A stretch of 64,000 nucleotides of DNA from the NCBI GenBank assembly GCA_020137815.1, contig CM035359.1, forward strand, positions 4,712,001 to 4,776,000. The letters run 5' to 3'. The notes beneath the pieces are model-generated. The model did not search any database. It was not told where the DNA came from and saw only the letters and a list, made by a program, of their open reading frames with translations. Shown here in pieces: positions 27,746-64,000 of the stretch. The DNA comes from Hormiphora californensis (lineage: Eukaryota > Animalia > Ctenophora). Positions within the stretch are counted from its first letter, which is position 1; every line of letters begins with the position of its first letter. The position numbers were made by a program, and so were the translations under genes.

Positions 27746-28275
27746 CCTCTCTCTCTCTGTTCTCTCTCTACTTCTCTCTCTTTTATTTATAATGAATAAA
27801 CATTTCGGGATATTTAAGCAGTATACAGTATTGCTGTGACGGGTTTTACTGAATACAATCATGAGTGAACTTAAAATAGAGTAGACAAAACAAAACAAAT
27901 TTGTTTTGTTTTTGTCTATTCTAGCAAGCTAGTTTTGCACCTATTCCTTGTTCTAACCCTCCTTTACATTTGCGGGTGCGCGAAACAGAGTCTAGCTAGG
28001 CAAACCTATTCCTTATTCAGCTATAGATAAGACTAACCCAGCACCTATAATTGTTCCGATCCCGACTGTTCATTACCCCTATATTCCTCGTTCAGCTAGA
28101 CTAACCCAGCTGCTATATTGTTCCCGCCACTAACCCCTAAATTCCTCGTTCAGCTAGACTAACCCAGCACATATTGTTCCCGACACTAACCCCTAAATTC
28201 CTCATTTGCAGCTAGACTAACCCAGCACATATTGTTCCCGACACTAACCCCTAAATTCCTCATTTGCAGCTATAG

Positions 28276-38913
<10,638 letters not shown>

Positions 38914-39880
38914 CATGACAGACACTGCTGAGAGAGATGTGTCTTGATAAAGAGAAAGATGTTTATTTTTTTGTAAAGTTACCAGAATTTACGGGATATG
39001 ATGAATCCTCGTAAATCTGTCTGTGAGATTGTCGTGTTTGTAGTACGAGTTAAAATGTGTTTGACTGTTTGTCAGTTGTCATGTTGTGTGTCATGTTGTC
39101 ATGTTGTGTCATGTGTGTGTCTGTGTGTCTGTGTGTGTGTGTGTGTGTGTGCGTGTGTCAAAGTTGAAGTTGAGGTTTTTTTTTTCGGGGAATTTTCCCC
39201 CCTAATTTATCTCTTTCCTCTCTCGGTGTTAAAAAGTGTGAGGTTTTTTCTTCTTATCTTTGGTGTCCAATATCCTCCATATAAGATCTATCTTTTTACC
39301 CTATATGCCTTGTAAATAAGTTAAAATTTAATATATCTCTGTAAATTTTAAATATATTAATTACATGCCAAAATTATACCCATCATCTAAATTTACTTAC
39401 CTTCTACTTTTTCAATAGACTTTTTTCATTTTTTCTCTTTTCATGGTGTATGTAGAAACGAGTATCATTTTTTTGTGGGTGATTCCCTGGGTGTGTGGGA
39501 GAGACAGAGAGAGACAGAGACAGAGACAGAGACAGAGACAGAGACAGAGAGAGACAGAGAGACAGAGAGACAGAGAGACAGAGAGACAGAGAGACAGAGA
39601 CAGAGACAGAGACAGAGACAGAGACAGAGACAGAGAGGGAGATTAGTTGGTTGGTTTGATTAGAGATGGAAAGTATGTATGTTTCAGAGAGGTGAAGGGA
39701 TTGTTTGTTTGTTCATGTGTGAAATGTCTGTGGTCTGTTCAATGTGTTATGATTTTTTTTCTGTGGGCGTATTTTTTTACAAAAAAAACAGTAAAAACAA
39801 GAGTTATTTGGGTTAGGTTCAGTAGTGCGTTACTACGCTGGTATTATATTACATTAGAAAGTTTCACATAGTACTTCTAC

Positions 39881-39989
39881 CAGGAACCGACCGTATCAAG
39901 AAATACTGGTCCCTGATTGGCTGATAACCAGTCACGTGACCTAAATAACGAGTTGTGATTGGTTGTTTACTTGTTTCGGTCGGTTCCTG
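39881..39989 (-). mobile_element. hAT-like MITE (family A)
   Basis: TIRs present; 8-bp TSD ACTTCTAC. Confidence 0.9.
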
Positions 39990-42900
39990 ACTTCTACCTA
40001 GAATTTCAATGTTCATCACCCACCATACCACAACCACTTCCTAAATTGTTAGGACGTATCGTGTGTACCTGCTACCGTCAGATGCAACATTCGGTCCGAT
40101 CTGGCAACTAGTGAGTTGGTTACGCGATTTTTAGTTAGTTTTAGTATTATGTGTTACACAAACTTTAACTATCATCAATAGGCAGGGCAAATACATCATG
40201 TTAGCGATATAATAAAGTTGGTTTTTTTTGTGTGGTCTCCGTCTATTTTTTAATTGTCGCCGGTTTTTTTGAGATCTCTCTTGTACGGGACTTTGATAAA
40301 GTTTGTTGTGTTTTTGTTTCCCATGGAGCCGGAGACCACCCGATATGTATCTGTTGTTCAGTAGATCTATAGAGAGCAGTAGATAGTGTGTGTGAGAGAG
40401 AGGTAGTACATTTTTAACAAAAGTAACGCTAATTATACAGGGGTAAAAATATGATAAAAAAATATTCGCGTGTGAGCATTTTTATGGTAATAAGAAAAAA
40501 CTATTTTTAAAATAGACAAAGAATATATTCTTTCGGGTTTATATATGCGAATTTATATATAAACCCGCAACTGAGAAAGAGGGAATTCGAGAGAGAAACT
40601 AAGATATGTACAATGTGTTAAATGGTAACTGAAAACAGCGTGGTTACCATTTATAATGCTGGTTACCATGGTTACCAAAATGGTAACCACAGTTTCGTTG
40701 CTATGCGTGGGGTGCTGTTTGATAGATCGAGCTCCAAACATCCACACCCCACAAAATATGCGTATACATGATATAAATAACAGTGTTAAAACCATTGATA
40801 TTCAATGATTGAAATGATGTGAAGTGGAGCCGACGACCGATGATGTGAGCTGATATCTGATGATTCTATACACTAGAGAGAGAGAGAGAGAGGTAGAGAA
40901 GAAGAGGGGAGCGTGGTAGAGAGAGAGGAAGATGTGCAGTGTTACATCGGTGATTGCTGTTGCTACCACTCTCAATCCCTCTGCCATGCTTCTTTGTTTA
41001 ACTCTTTCCTTCAGTGGAATCTCTGTGTATGTGTGTGAACGTTTTACAATACGAGGAGAGAAAGAGAGCGGAGAGGTATAGCGATGTGATTTTTCTAAAT
41101 TGGGAGCTGATTTGTGATGATCTCGGAGTCTCAGTCAGCTCCCCCTCCAATTCTCTCCTTTCCCACACACACAAAAGCTAATAATAATGATGTGCCTCGG
41201 TGATGTGTTTTTTCTCTTTTACGCACCGAGAGAGAGAGAGGGAGAGAGAGAGAAAGTATTTTGTATCAATCTCTTTTTTTAAATTCAACCCCACACACAC
41301 ACATGTACCCGATTAACTTGTACAGCACGCCGATGATTCGTGTTTTTGTTGTCAACTACCCCATTCTCTCTGATATCCAAGAGTTAATTGTGATCAGATT
41401 TGATACTCTGGGGAGAGAGAGAATTAGACGTGTGTGTACTACATGTTTGTGTCTGTGTGTTTTTTTGTCTGTGTCCTTTTTTGGCATACAGGCCCCATGA
41501 TCGTGAGTTGTGGCGATGATGATGATATCACGCAACAATTTGATAACCCCAGACCGGGATCAGGGAGAGATGTGTGAGTGGTAGTGATGATACTGTCACA
41601 GAGAATCTATCGGCTTTTTGGAGATTGATGTAGTTCGGGAGAAAATGATTGATGTTTTTTCTAAAACTCTCATTATGCCTTCTCCTTGCAGCATCTCTCC
41701 TATAAAAAGTACGTGATCTCCTGTTTGACGTTCACCAGCTCCTCTCTCCCTCTCTCGAGTCTGGGAAATGAAAAGCAAGTGTACCGTTGTAATTTAGAGA
41801 GCTATCGAGTGTATGACTGGACAACATATATCCAGTTGTGCTGTCCCATGATCCCGCAATCATGGTAACAAGCAATGCACCCCCAATGAGAGACAGTTTT
41901 GAGTTAATAACCCCCCTTCCCCCTTCATCCCCCCCCCCCCCGTGTTTTCACCTATATTTTTCTGGATGATTGGTCATTTTCAGAAAAATTATTATGGACC
42001 CCTTCCAAATCCCCACGTCGTGAATGTAACTTATTTTTTGGGTGTGTGACTGTGTGTACGTGTGTTTGTGAGTAACGATTATGGGAAATGAGATCTCTTT
42101 TGAGACGACGATGTACTATTGCAAACCGCATTGAAAATAAAAAACATGACTTTTATTTTGTACCACTGTGACTGACATTTTGTGTTGGGCAGGAGCTGTC
42201 TGGCACTGTCAGAGCATTGGCCTGACCCATTCTCGTTTCGAGAGAACTGTGGTCAGAGCATTGGCCTGACAGGTCTGGCACGGCAGACCCCATCTTAGCC
42301 TGTCAGGCCAATGCTCTGACCACAGTCCTTGTGCGCTCTGACCACAGTTCTCGCGCGCTCCGAGAATGGGTCAGGCAAATGCTCTGACAGATCTTAGCGC
42401 AATTTCGGCCGCCAGATATTATCATTATTAATGATATGAATGATACTATCATTATCTCCCCAGTCTCAAACTCAATTACTAGTAGACGGTTTGTTCTGTC
42501 AAAACAGAACTGGTACAGAAAGATACTTCGACGTAACGCGCGGATTCTAGCAATCTACGATGAACTGCGTCAAAAATTTCACGCACGCGGCGCGCTCTTT
42601 TTATTGAAAAAAAGAGTGAGGGAAAAAATGCAGAGCTCCAATTTTAAAAGTGTCGTGCCGCCGGGCGCCGTGGTTTGCCTTCGACTCCCAAGTCCGACTT
42701 CCTAGGCTCTGCCAGAGACTAACGTGGGATGTGCCCCCTACACCCCGTTGGGCGCTCGGGTCTAGGCTCTCTTTGTGGTGGGTTACAACTTACACGCCCC
42801 CTAACCTTTGCTACCGCCCTAGGACCGCGAACGCCGAGCTCTCTGCTCTGCCCACGGCCTATGGCTATTTTTTTCTCTCATAATTTGTGTTTATCGCTAG

Positions 42901-43106
42901 CCGGTGATACTGTTTTATACCGGGTCTTGTCTAGCTGAATTCCTATCTAGGCTCACACACCCATAATGATAATAGACAGCTGCCAAAAATTAACAAATAC
43001 GGGATAACATGTTGTCACCTGTTCATAATCCACATGTTATCTAAAACCATTCCATAAATAATGATATTAAAATTGACCCACTCCCAACTAAATAGCTCAG
43101 CCAACC

Positions 43107-54415
<11,309 letters not shown>

Positions 54416-55001
54416 GTAAACATTATCTATCTATCTATCTATCTATCTCTCTCTCTATCTATCTATCTATCTCCCTCTCTCTCTCTCTCTCTCTCTCTCG
54501 CGGATTCGAGATTAATAATTCCAGTTTGGTATAATTCTCCGTCAAACAAATTTTGAATACCTTCCTCATTTTAATTTCTGGCTGTGGTCAGTGGCTGATT
54601 TCGTCCTCCCAAATACCACTAGCCATTACTGGATCATTAGAACAATATACTGTTTAGATTGGCCCGGTCCAGACTGATTCTACCTGCAGATCACCATTAT
54701 CTAATTGCCAATTTGGGGGAGTTGATTTCCCGAGATCCCACTCTGTCCTGCTTACTACTCTTTCCCCATTCTCCTTTGTGCAACTTGAGATGTTCCAGTT
54801 TCCTGTCACTACTGCTTGGCCCCTTTCACATATTTTGCCACCATTTCTCGAATATATCGACACAAAAACATCTTCGGTTCTCTTTTCTGCAAAGTCATGT
54901 AAAACGTACAAAATCTGACAATACAAAACTCATATTATTTTCACCCTAATCATTTCATCTCATTTTTGTAAAATTAATCCAAAATATGTTGTAGCACAAG
55001 T

Positions 55002-57056
<2,055 letters not shown>

Positions 57057-57893
57057 GTCTTGTAAAGTCGATGGGAGTTAGTTAGGTATGTGGGGAAAAG
57101 AAAGAAAAAACTTTCATCGAGAATCAGAAAGCCACACACAGCTGTTTGAGAAAGCAATGCTTGCTCTCCCCCCAGCAGTGCAAGCACCGCGATAATTCAG
57201 CGAACTGAGACAAAGCCTATACTAAGAATAGCAAGTCCTCTCCTTGGCCGGTAAATTGTATTAGCTGCCTCGTGATGGTCGAGATAGCGTTGCCAAGTGC
57301 ACGGCCATTGGTTGTAGATAGAGGGGGTAAAGATAGAAGGAGTATCGAAGTGCAACTGAATAGGACAGAGTTAGACTATAACAGTGATAGGAATGCAGTG
57401 AAGCAGGTGAGGGAGAGAGATACCGTCCAAAAAACGGTGAGAGAGAGAGAAAATCAGGTGAGGGCAAGATAGTCCTTGTAGATAAGCAAGCAAAGTCAAC
57501 CTATCTTGTTACAAAAAAGATTGAAAATGGCCCGTCTCTTCAGCCGATTTAGCTACTATTATACTCACCTCTCCCTTCTATCTGAAATTTATACGACCGT
57601 TACCAAAGGTCAGAAGAGATTGGAGGCTCACGCTTGCCCGACTACACGTTCATGAAAGTTTGGTCTGAGTAGTAGCTTTCCGTAGGTGTCACGTGGGCAG
57701 TGTCCGATGTCACCAGTGCAGGCAGGTGCCCCATCTTGGTCTTGAGTACTTGGTATTGCGGTTAGAAATCTACAGAGAGAAATGGAATGATGATGTACCG
57801 CATGATATAAACTATCCTTGGATTTTTACGAGTATTCACTGAGATTTCATCCCTTCAAATTTCAATTTTTCCTGAGAGATGAAAGAACCCTCA

Positions 57894-57978
<85 letters not shown>

Positions 57979-58603
57979 TCTGCACGGATTCTCTTGGAAG
58001 TTTTCAGACAACGTTACGTCACTCCATGACTCCACAGAATTGTCAAGGCGCTGAAAACGCCCTGAGAAACCTGGCGTAAACTGACATTGAGAGTGAGAGA
58101 GAGAGTAATATAGAGTGTGTGTGAGAGAGAGAAAGAGAAAGAAAGAGAGAGATTGCTGTACGAGAGTAAATCGAAGTACAGAAAATACAAGGGATGACTG
58201 ATTAGAGAGAGAATGAATATATAACTGTCGAGGAGAGAACTAGGCTCTCGAGAGAAGGAGAGAGAAAGATATAAAGCTGGAGAGCTCGCTGGAACAGCTG
58301 TCGACAGGTTGCTCCTCTCATCACCTCTCACATCAGTCGGGTTTTGTGGCAGTCGGGTTGGAGTTTTACTAGCATCGTCTCATTTCGTGTTCTTGTATTG
58401 TACGGTGAGGTTGCTTCTCTCTTTAGATCCCTCCTGGAGCGATCAATGCCACTCTTCTCACATTCTAGGATTGTCCCTAATTATACCAAGAGTTCTTCTT
58501 CTTCCTCGAGTGCTGGATTGGAGGATCCTAAAGAGTTGATACCCCATTCCTGGCCCCATCTGATGCTCACCTCCACTTGTCTCTAATCCATCCCTCCTTT
58601 CAG

Positions 58604-59242
58604 ACGGACCCGTACGGTATGCAGCCCCTGAACCCAAACCACTTCCGCGTGGTAACTAAACAGGAACCTGATGAAATGGACCATTATGAACGAGCTTGTA
58701 AGTTAACTTTCGAGACCTTATTTCACCCCAAACTGTGTTGTGTAGTTACTGACATTACTGCAACAGAGAAAAGAAATAATTGCTCAAATTCCTCAAATTT
58801 CTTCTCATTTTACACTTTTCCTCCTCCACATAGTTTGTAACACCACCCTTTACCCTCAGCTGGCGCAGACCTCTCCAAACCGTCCATGTTGAAGAGTAAC
58901 AAGCCGTATGATAGTATCCGTCCTGGACCTCTTGTGGTGGACGATGATGTTAGGAGCAAGGAATGGGGAGCACCCCTCGGCCTACATGTAAGTATATTGG
59001 GTGTTCCATGATACAGGGTGTCCCACCTCTCAATTAGCTCCTAGTAGATCGTACTTTAGTATTTGTGTGTAACTTGTTCACAACAGATTTCACCAGAACT
59101 TTCTTATCTCATATTTGACATTTGATAACATGGAAAACTTGATTGCATTCCTTTAAGTATTTTGTACTAATATCCCCCTCCCTCCTTTCTCTAACAAGCT
59201 CCTCTCTGTCTCCAGGGAGACGAGAACCACCGTCACAACTAG
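58604..59242 (+). CDS. 3' exons of an uncharacterised protein (58604-58697, 58860-58988, 59216-59242)
   Basis: Three phase-compatible GT-AG exons ending GDENHRHN*; 5' exons not resolved; no recognised domain. Confidence 0.5.
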
Positions 59243-59905
59243 TGATATAGCAGGACCTACCAGTGGGTGAAGATGATGTAAGAAGATGTAAGATGATGTA
59301 AGAAGAGAAGAATATATCTGGAAGTGAAAAGAAACTGTTAAATGTATGCGATGCATTATATGGGGGTGATAAACCTCCTCGGGGTATTAATTGGAAACGT
59401 GATTTCTCTAGATAAATACACGTGATTTCTCTTGGTGAAACACGTGATTGTTCCCGACAAATCTAAATTATTTATGTTCGTCTGAAGGTTTAAGAACGAG
59501 CTGCCTAAGTTTAAAATTTAATCCTGAGGTATCTGGTTGTGGGATTGTTATAGAAACGGGGTTAAAATTAAGTGTTCGGATTTTCAGCATTTAGGGTTTA
59601 CAAGACGAGCAATGGTCGTTATTGACCGATGTTGCTAATACAGAAAAAGTGTTTTCAAAGTGTGCCGTGTTCAGTAGCTTATTACTCTATCCGATTCTAT
59701 AAAAGATTAATTTACTGAGTTATTTAATCCCTCAGATCCTTCCTATCCGTTGGTCCTTACCGTATCCCCTTAACCGTATCCTCCAGAGGGATTCCCCCTA
59801 CCCCTCTTGGGCATCAATCCCTAACATTTATCGATTCCTTCTTCTGACAAAACCCCTTGAAATCTAACCACAATTCTTCTGATTGTAGCATCAAACACTG
59901 TAACT

Positions 59906-60241
59906 ATGGCCCGACCCAAGACCTCCACTACCTCTGGAAAGAAGACCCGACCCATGAGCGAGCAAGCTCTGAGGAAGACCCAACGTGCTGCCAAGATCGC
60001 CCAAAAGTGGAAGTAAGTTGACGATTCCCTTACCCCCATTTTGATTACAATATGTGATGCACGCTTATATATTTCAGTTTCCATGGTAACTATAAACTCG
60101 TGTGCTGGCCAGCGACACACATTTCTAACAACCTTCCTTCCTCCGCTCAGGTTCAACCCCGTTGTGATCCAGGAGATCAAGGACTCTCTGTTGGAAACCA
60201 CAACACCTGAGCTCCCCGCTGCAGCACCCACCACCCTGTAA
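59906..60241 (+). CDS. Small (65 aa) two-exon protein with basic N-terminus, unknown function
   Basis: Exons 59906-60012 and 60151-60241 joined by a canonical GTAAGT..CTAAC..CAG intron give MARPKTSTTSGKKTRPMSEQALRKTQRAAKIAQKWKFNPVVIQEIKDSLLETTTPELPAAAPTTL*. Confidence 0.65.
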
Positions 60242-61537
60242 AGTGATGACGTCATAATGTGATCATGTCACGTGATCCTATTAGATGTCACGTGATCCTA
60301 TTAGATGTCACGTGATCCTATTAGATGTCACCTGATCCCCCTCCAGATATCATGTGATCCCCCTCCAGATCTGCAAATGAACAATCATCAGATTCTTCCT
60401 ACCAGATAGTTTTTATTGCTCTCACACCTCCGGAGCCGTCTTCCTTTCCTCGGTGATGTGGATATATATCTAATGGACTAATTAAATTAATAAAAACAAT
60501 AAAAAATAAACTTTTATGTAAGGTCGACTAGTACAGAAGCCGTATTATTACTGGACTCAAGTTTGAATTTGTTTGAAAGTGGTTGAGAATGAAACTCATT
60601 TTTGCATGAGATTATTTTATACTTTTTCTTAAATATTTAAACTCTTAAAAATATTTTATTTAACTTAAATATTTATGGTTGTTTATACTGATAGCTGTCA
60701 TTTTTACCCGAGTGTTCCCGCATGCTTGTTTCTACTGTAAAATCTGTAAAAGTTTTTCAAAAATTAATCAATTACCTTTCCCCCATTTTTAATTTCGTGA
60801 GTTTAAGTTTTTTACACTATAATACGACAAATGGCTCATATTATAATTTTACACAATAAATAATTAAATGATTATTTAATACATTATGATTACACATTAC
60901 ACAGATAGGATATATTACGGTCATAAAGAATAGAACACAGATCTCTCCACTCAAGATGGAAATAATACGAATTTCTCTCTCATCACTATTTATTACTCAA
61001 TAATCATCGCCTTACCTGGTAAGAAGAATTGGCCTGACCCTATATTCTCATTTCGAGGTCAGAAAATCGGCCTGTCAGTGTCTAGCGCCGCGACCCCATC
61101 TGAGAATCAAATGGGGTCTGGCGCCGCCAGACAGGTAACAGGTCTGTGGCAGGTCAATGCTCTGACAGAATATGTACTGAGCGGGTCACTGCTCAGAATA
61201 CCAATTCACGTATTTGGCCCCCTCGTTCATGATGCTCAGACTCAAAGCAGACATCATGAAGGATTTGTATATACCCTGTCTCAGTCTGGCGGCGCCAAAC
61301 CCCGGAGTTTGACGGTGCGATCAGCTCGGGTCGGCGCCGCCAGACAGTTTGAACTCTCTCAGAAAGTAACACTGTAACTAACACTGTAACACTGTTACTA
61401 ACAGTCAGATGCAGAGCATTTGCCTGACAGGAAGTCAGGAAAATAAACGTAAAGGGCCATGGTAGTACTCAACACCCTCCAACTATCGCAGTGATCACCC
61501 AACAACACTCATCCTTTTTTAACACCACCCCCTCTCC

Positions 61538-62843
61538 TCAGATTTGTGCTATGATATCACTGGTCGACTCGTCCGCGAACTTTATCGTCCGGGACACCGG
61601 AGGAAGGGTACGCACGGCCTGCTGGGAGGGATGTCGGACCAGATTATCTTTCTCGTTGGAAGCAGCCGCTGTTACTGTCACCGTTATATCGTCACTACTT
61701 GTCCTCTAAATACATGTGTGGAATTTTTGGTAAGTTATGATACTTGGGGGGGGGGCGATACTTGCTAAATGTCTGTCTGGCGCCGCCGACCCCATCTGAG
61801 GTATGGGCGCCGGCCGCCGCCATACAGCTAAATGTCTTGTATATTTGTTGAGTAAGTAGTAAGTAATAAGTACTCAACATTGTTGAGTACTTATTACTTA
61901 CTATAAAATACAATTGTTGACAACAATTGTATTTTTTAGTACTCGTGAGTCGTGTTATTGTTGAGTAAAGGGGAATGGTGAGAGATTAAAATATACAACC
62001 CCTGCCTGATTTTTGGTGGCTTCGTTTGACGCGCTTCGCGCGGCTGGTAGTGGAGGGGTGACTGCAGTGCCTCACCAAGCCTGATCTTCGAATCAGAACG
62101 GGGGTCCCCCACCAGACAATTGTATGATGACTATAGTCATCATACAATTGTCTGGTGGGGGACCCCCGTTCTGATTATAGTGACTACTCAGTCTCAACAA
62201 AGTTGTAAAGATGTTAGTCAAGGGAGAGAGGTGTCCTCAGCTACTGTCGAATACTGCTGAATAGAATTACAGTGCTCACCTTTAGAATCTTTCTCTTGAC
62301 ACAGCCATCCGGTCCACCTTCAGATTTTTGGGAGGTGTAATTAGTAACATTAGTCTGGTGCAACCTGTCGATAATTAGCTGTTAATTTGCTGTTAATTAT
62401 AATGGTAGTGAATAGGAAAGAGCATGTTCTATTGTTACTTGTGACCTGTATGGCGGCGCCATACCCCATTTGATTCTCAATCGACAGTGCGCTCAGATGG
62501 GTCGCGGCGCCAGACAGCTTGTGACCTGTCTGTCTATAGTTCTAAGCTAGATTCTGAGCTATCTGGTGTAGCATTGTCCTGACTCTATTCTCATTTCTTT
62601 CACAGCGGTCAGATAGGTAAGTTGAGATAGGCACTGACAGACTGACCTGCTAAGATAGACAGACTGACCTGCTAAGGTAGACACGACTGACCTGCTGGGA
62701 GAGTGTCTGAAGACGCTATTATTCCTGTGTCGGGCACTCCGGCAGTACATCAGGTCCACAAATGCGGCCCGGAATTGTTTAGTTCCAAAACTGTACAGGA
62801 TCGGGTTTAGGGCACTGTTACTTATCAGTAACACGTGAACAAA
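61538..62843 (-). CDS. Rhodopsin-class GPCR, TM7/helix 8 and C-tail exons (5' part not resolved)
   Basis: FVHVLLISNSALNPILYSFGTKQFRAAF (NPxxY plus helix 8); downstream exons ~62281-62365 and 61538-61705 are in compatible phases. Confidence 0.75.
62091..62176. repeat. Perfect 86-bp palindrome
   Basis: AATCAGAACGGGGG...GACTATAGTC...CCCCCGTTCTGATT, centre at 62133/62134. Confidence 0.9.
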
Positions 62844-62945
62844 CTGAAAGGTAAATTGAATCAGTTTCCCGGGTTAGAATAGAATGTAGGATGACTTGTT
62901 GTTGAATTGGGCCCGTCACCGCCCCCCCCCCCCCCCCCCCCCCCC

Positions 62946-63761
62946 GGCAGGTCGGTAGAATTTAGGGCAGGTCTGAATTTAGGAATTATGGCAGCTCTGA
63001 ATTTAGGGCGGGTCTGAATTTAGGGCAGGTCTGAATTTAGGGCAGGTCTGAATACTCAGAGTGATTGAGAGTTAGTAGTCGGATGATAGGTATTTGATGA
63101 TCTTATGATGGTTGAGAGTGAGTTAGGAGGATACAAATATTTAGGAATTCTTTGGGGGAGATTTAATATTATTTACTTGTTACAATAGTTATGGAGAGAT
63201 ATTAGAAGATAAGAATTTGGGTCAATGTTTTAGATGAGTAGGAATAGCGAGAAGCCGAGTACAGGGGATTGTGCGACGTGCCGAGAGGAGAAGCTGCCAC
63301 GTCAGCCTAGGCTGGCGTGGACCGCGTGATCTGAGAAAGAGGTGACCAGGGAGCGAGATATGAGAGAACTGATAGTTCTGTTCTTAAAGTGAGAGTGGAC
63401 CGACACAGAATTTGACAAGGTTGTTGGAAAGCGATAGAAACCTTCCCCGAATCGTATCTCATATCGTCTAACACTCCTGATTGGCTTCCCCGAATCATGT
63501 TCTATATATATCTCGTATCGTCTCACACCGCTAATAAGCTCCCCCGGACCCCGAATCACATTCACATGCTTAGTATTCAGACCTGCCCTAAATTCAGACC
63601 TGCCCTTAATTGACCTGCCCTAAATTCAGACCTGCCCTAAATTGACCTGCCCTAAATTCAGACCCGCCCTAAATTCAGAGCTGCCCTAAATTGACCTGCC
63701 CTAAATTGACCTGCCCTAAATTGACCTGCCCTAAATTCTGTCGAAGTTCTACCGACCTGCC
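62946..63761. mobile_element. TIR element with subterminal tandem repeats
   Basis: GGCAGGTCGGTAGAA / TTCTACCGACCTGCC ends; arrays of GGCAGGTCTGAATTTAG in inverted orientation at each end; no TSD seen. Confidence 0.7.
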
Positions 63762-63924
63762 ACGACTCGAGTCATTGGCAATGACAGGAGTAAAAATCCA
63801 TTAAACGTAAGATCAGTGTCTTGTGATGGGCGATATCTAGGTTGTCTGCTTACACAATTGTTCCACAGCGTTTACTAAAAAACGTCGCGTCGCAAGACAC
63901 CCTCTGTGACTCTTCCTCTATAGA

Positions 63925-64000
<76 letters not shown>

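Noticed and set aside
54654-54949. ORFs between the zinc-finger and cathepsin genes
   Set aside because: Could be a terminal exon or 3' UTR; no recognisable domain, so left unassigned.

Overview
Intron-rich, repeat-rich eukaryotic (animal) genomic DNA with abundant (CT/GA)n microsatellites. Most ORFs in the track are artefacts of these microsatellites. A ctenophore (Pleurobrachia/Hormiphora-like) source is inferred from my recollection of the ~110-bp AGGAACCGACCGA...TCGGTCGGTTCCT repeat and has not been verified. Spliced genes assembled by hand: a secreted YHYH-domain protein (16047-20359, +), an AF4/FMR2 (AFF/lilli) orthologue (28276-38913, +), a Tudor-like plus 8xC2H2 zinc-finger protein carrying an H3K27-like ARKSAP motif (43107 to at least 54415, +), cathepsin L (55002-57056, -), two small unknown genes (58.6-60.2 kb, +) and the 3' end of a rhodopsin-class GPCR (61538-62843, -). 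There are many non-autonomous DNA transposons: hAT-, piggyBac-, Tc1/mariner-, Kolobok- and Helentron-type. The standout is a 2.49-kb element in an intron (45019-47505). Both ends start with the RSS heptamer CACAGTG and it has a perfect 5-bp TSD. Its two ends differ by exactly 11 bp of spacer (12/23-like), and it carries an internal remnant of a Transib/RAG1-type C-terminus with the RAG1L CX2CX3GHX4C motif.
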